Source of the DNA: Eledone cirrhosa
Taxonomy: Eukaryota
Assembly: GCA_964016885.1 (NCBI GenBank)
Contig: OZ024744.1
Coordinates: 2,356,001 to 2,420,000 of the forward strand
DNA: 64,000 bases
Direction: 5' to 3'
The position numbers were made by a program, and so were the translations under genes. The notes beneath the pieces were generated by a model that did no database searches, was not told the origin of the DNA, and saw only the letters and a list, made by a program, of their open reading frames with translations. Below, one piece after another: positions 62,801 through 64,000 of the stretch (position 1 is its first letter; every line of letters starts with the position of its first letter).

Positions 62801-64000
62801 AAGCTATCTTTCTCTACCCATTCTTCCCTCAAAACTTCGTTCTTCACCAAGCTATCTTTCTCTACCTTGTCTTCCCCCAAAACTTCGTTCTTCACCAAGC
62901 TATCTTTCTCTACCTTGCCTTCCCTCAAAACTTCGTTCTTCATCAAGCTAACTTTCTCTACTTTTTCTTCCTTCAAAACGTCGTTCTTCACCAAGCTATC
63001 TTTCTCTACCTTGTCTTCCCTCAAAACTTCGGTCGTTCTTCATCAAGCTATCTTTCTCTACCTTGTCTTCCCCCAAAACTTCGTTCCTCACCAAGCTATC
63101 TTTCTCTACCTTGTCTTCCCTCAAAACTTCGTTCTTCACCAAGCTATCTTTCTTTACCTCGACTTCCCCCAAAACTTCGTTCTTCACCAAGCTATCTTTC
63201 TCTACCTTGTCTTCCCTCAAAACGTCGTTCTTCACCAAGCTATCTTTCTCTATCTTGTCTTCCCCCAACACTTCGTTCTTCATCAAGCTATCTTTCTCTA
63301 CCTTGTCTTCCCTCAAAACGTCGTTCTTCACCAAGCTATCTTTCTCTACCCATTCTTCCCTCAAAACTTCGTTCTTCACCAAGCTATCTCTCTCTACCTT
63401 GTCTTCCCTCAAAACTTCGTTCTTCATCAAGCTATCTTTCTCTACCTTGTCTTCCCTCAAAACTTCGTTCTTCACCAAGCTATCTTTCTCTACCTTATCT
63501 TCCCTCAACACTTCGTTCTTCATCAAGCTATCTTTCTCTACCTTGTCTTCCCCCAAAACTTCGTTCCTCACCAAGCTATCTTTCTCTACCTTGTCTTCCC
63601 TCAAAACTTCGTTCTTCACCAAGCTATCTTTCTTTACCTCGACTTCCCCCAAAACTTCGTTCTTCACCAAGCTATCTTTCTCTACCTTGTCTTCCCTCAA
63701 AACGTCGTTCTTCACCAAGCTATCTTTCTCTATCTTGTCTTCCCCCAACACTTCGTTCTTCATCAAGCTATCTTTCTGTACCTTGTCTCCCCCAAAAGTT
63801 CGTTCTTCACCAAGCTATCTTTCTCTACCTTGTCTTCCCTCAAAACTTCGTTCTTCACCAAGCTATCTTTCTCTACCTTGTCTTCCCCCAAAACTTCGTT
63901 CCTCACCAAGCTATCTTTCTCTACCTTGTCTTCCCTCAAAACTTCGTTCTTCACCAAGCTATCTTTCTCTACCTTATCTTCCCTCAACACTTCGTTCTTC

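Larger units (their letters stand above)
1..64000. repeat. 48-bp tandem satellite DNA array, ~1,330 monomers, extending past both window ends
   Basis: The consensus AAAACTTCGTTCTTCACCAAGCTATCTTTCTCTACCTTGTCTTCCCTC recurs every 48 bp throughout. Most monomers differ by 0-4 substitutions, with occasional -1, +1 or +4 indels. All ORF translations show the matching 16-aa periodicity. Consensus composition is A9 C17 G3 T19 (~42% GC). Confidence 0.99.
19930..64000. repeat. ~26-kb super-HOR: unit A ~19930-46004, unit B ~46005 to beyond 64000
   Basis: Collinear ORF pairs show stepwise offsets of 26,075 (20297/46372, 21390/47465), 21,210 (27908/49118), 21,162 (28618/49780, 31322/52484), 21,257 (33053/54310) and 25,145 (35204/60349, 37851/62996, 38618/63763). 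Confidence 0.8.

Noticed and set aside
35-62951. Giant + strand ORFs of up to 3,154 aa (SSLKTSFFTKLSFSTL / LRSSPSYLSLPCLPSK / QNFVLHQAIFLYLVFP repeats)
   Set aside because: The + strand consensus has no TAA, TAG or TGA in any frame, so all three frames stay open. The ORFs overlap, switch between the three peptide registers at indels, have no unique domains, and mostly start at TTG.
1079-63990. Array of 75-430 aa minus-strand ORFs read as a gene cluster or antigen cassettes
   Set aside because: Their boundaries are set by recurrent frameshifting indels and a propagated stop variant. There is no intergenic DNA, signal peptide or non-repeat terminus.
1-64000. CRISPR array or other repeat-spacer system
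   Set aside because: There are no unique spacers: the entire 48 bp is repeated with only point variants. There is no leader, palindromic repeat or cas gene.
1-64000. Programmed frameshifting or phase variation at the C-run and A-run (CCCC/CCCCC/CCCCCC-AAAA)
   Set aside because: The length variants are copied faithfully at matching HOR positions, so they are inherited slippage mutations rather than sequencing noise, and there is no gene for them to regulate.
1-64000. Telomeric repeat, rDNA spacer, tRNA-derived repeat or transposon insertion
   Set aside because: I found no short G-rich telomere unit, rRNA or tRNA similarity, terminal repeats or non-satellite sequence anywhere in the window.
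1-64000. Intrinsic curvature from phased A-tracts
   Set aside because: There is only one A4 tract per 48 bp (~4.6 helical turns), so consecutive tracts are roughly out of phase.

Overview
The whole 64 kb window is one uninterrupted head-to-tail tandem satellite array with a 48-bp monomer (consensus AAAACTTCGTTCTTCACCAAGCTATCTTTCTCTACCTTGTCTTCCCTC), about 1,330 copies, all in one orientation. I saw no unique sequence, transposon, inversion or credible gene. The giant ORFs are artefacts: 48 is a multiple of 3 and the + strand consensus has no stop codon in any frame. The information lies in the order of monomer variants, which shows nested higher-order repeats (HORs). These include an old cassette recurring roughly every 20-25 monomers, a 103/101-monomer HOR (4,961/4,865 bp), local duplications at offsets of 387, 483, 1,199, 1,342, 1,825, 2,983 and 3,888 bp, and an apparent ~26-kb super-unit (~19.9-46.0 kb, repeated from ~46.0 kb to beyond the window end). 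This architecture is typical of eukaryotic centromeric or heterochromatic satellite DNA, but neither species nor function can be determined from sequence alone. I found no support for a novel protein-coding system. Block boundaries were estimated by eye and may be off by a monomer or two.
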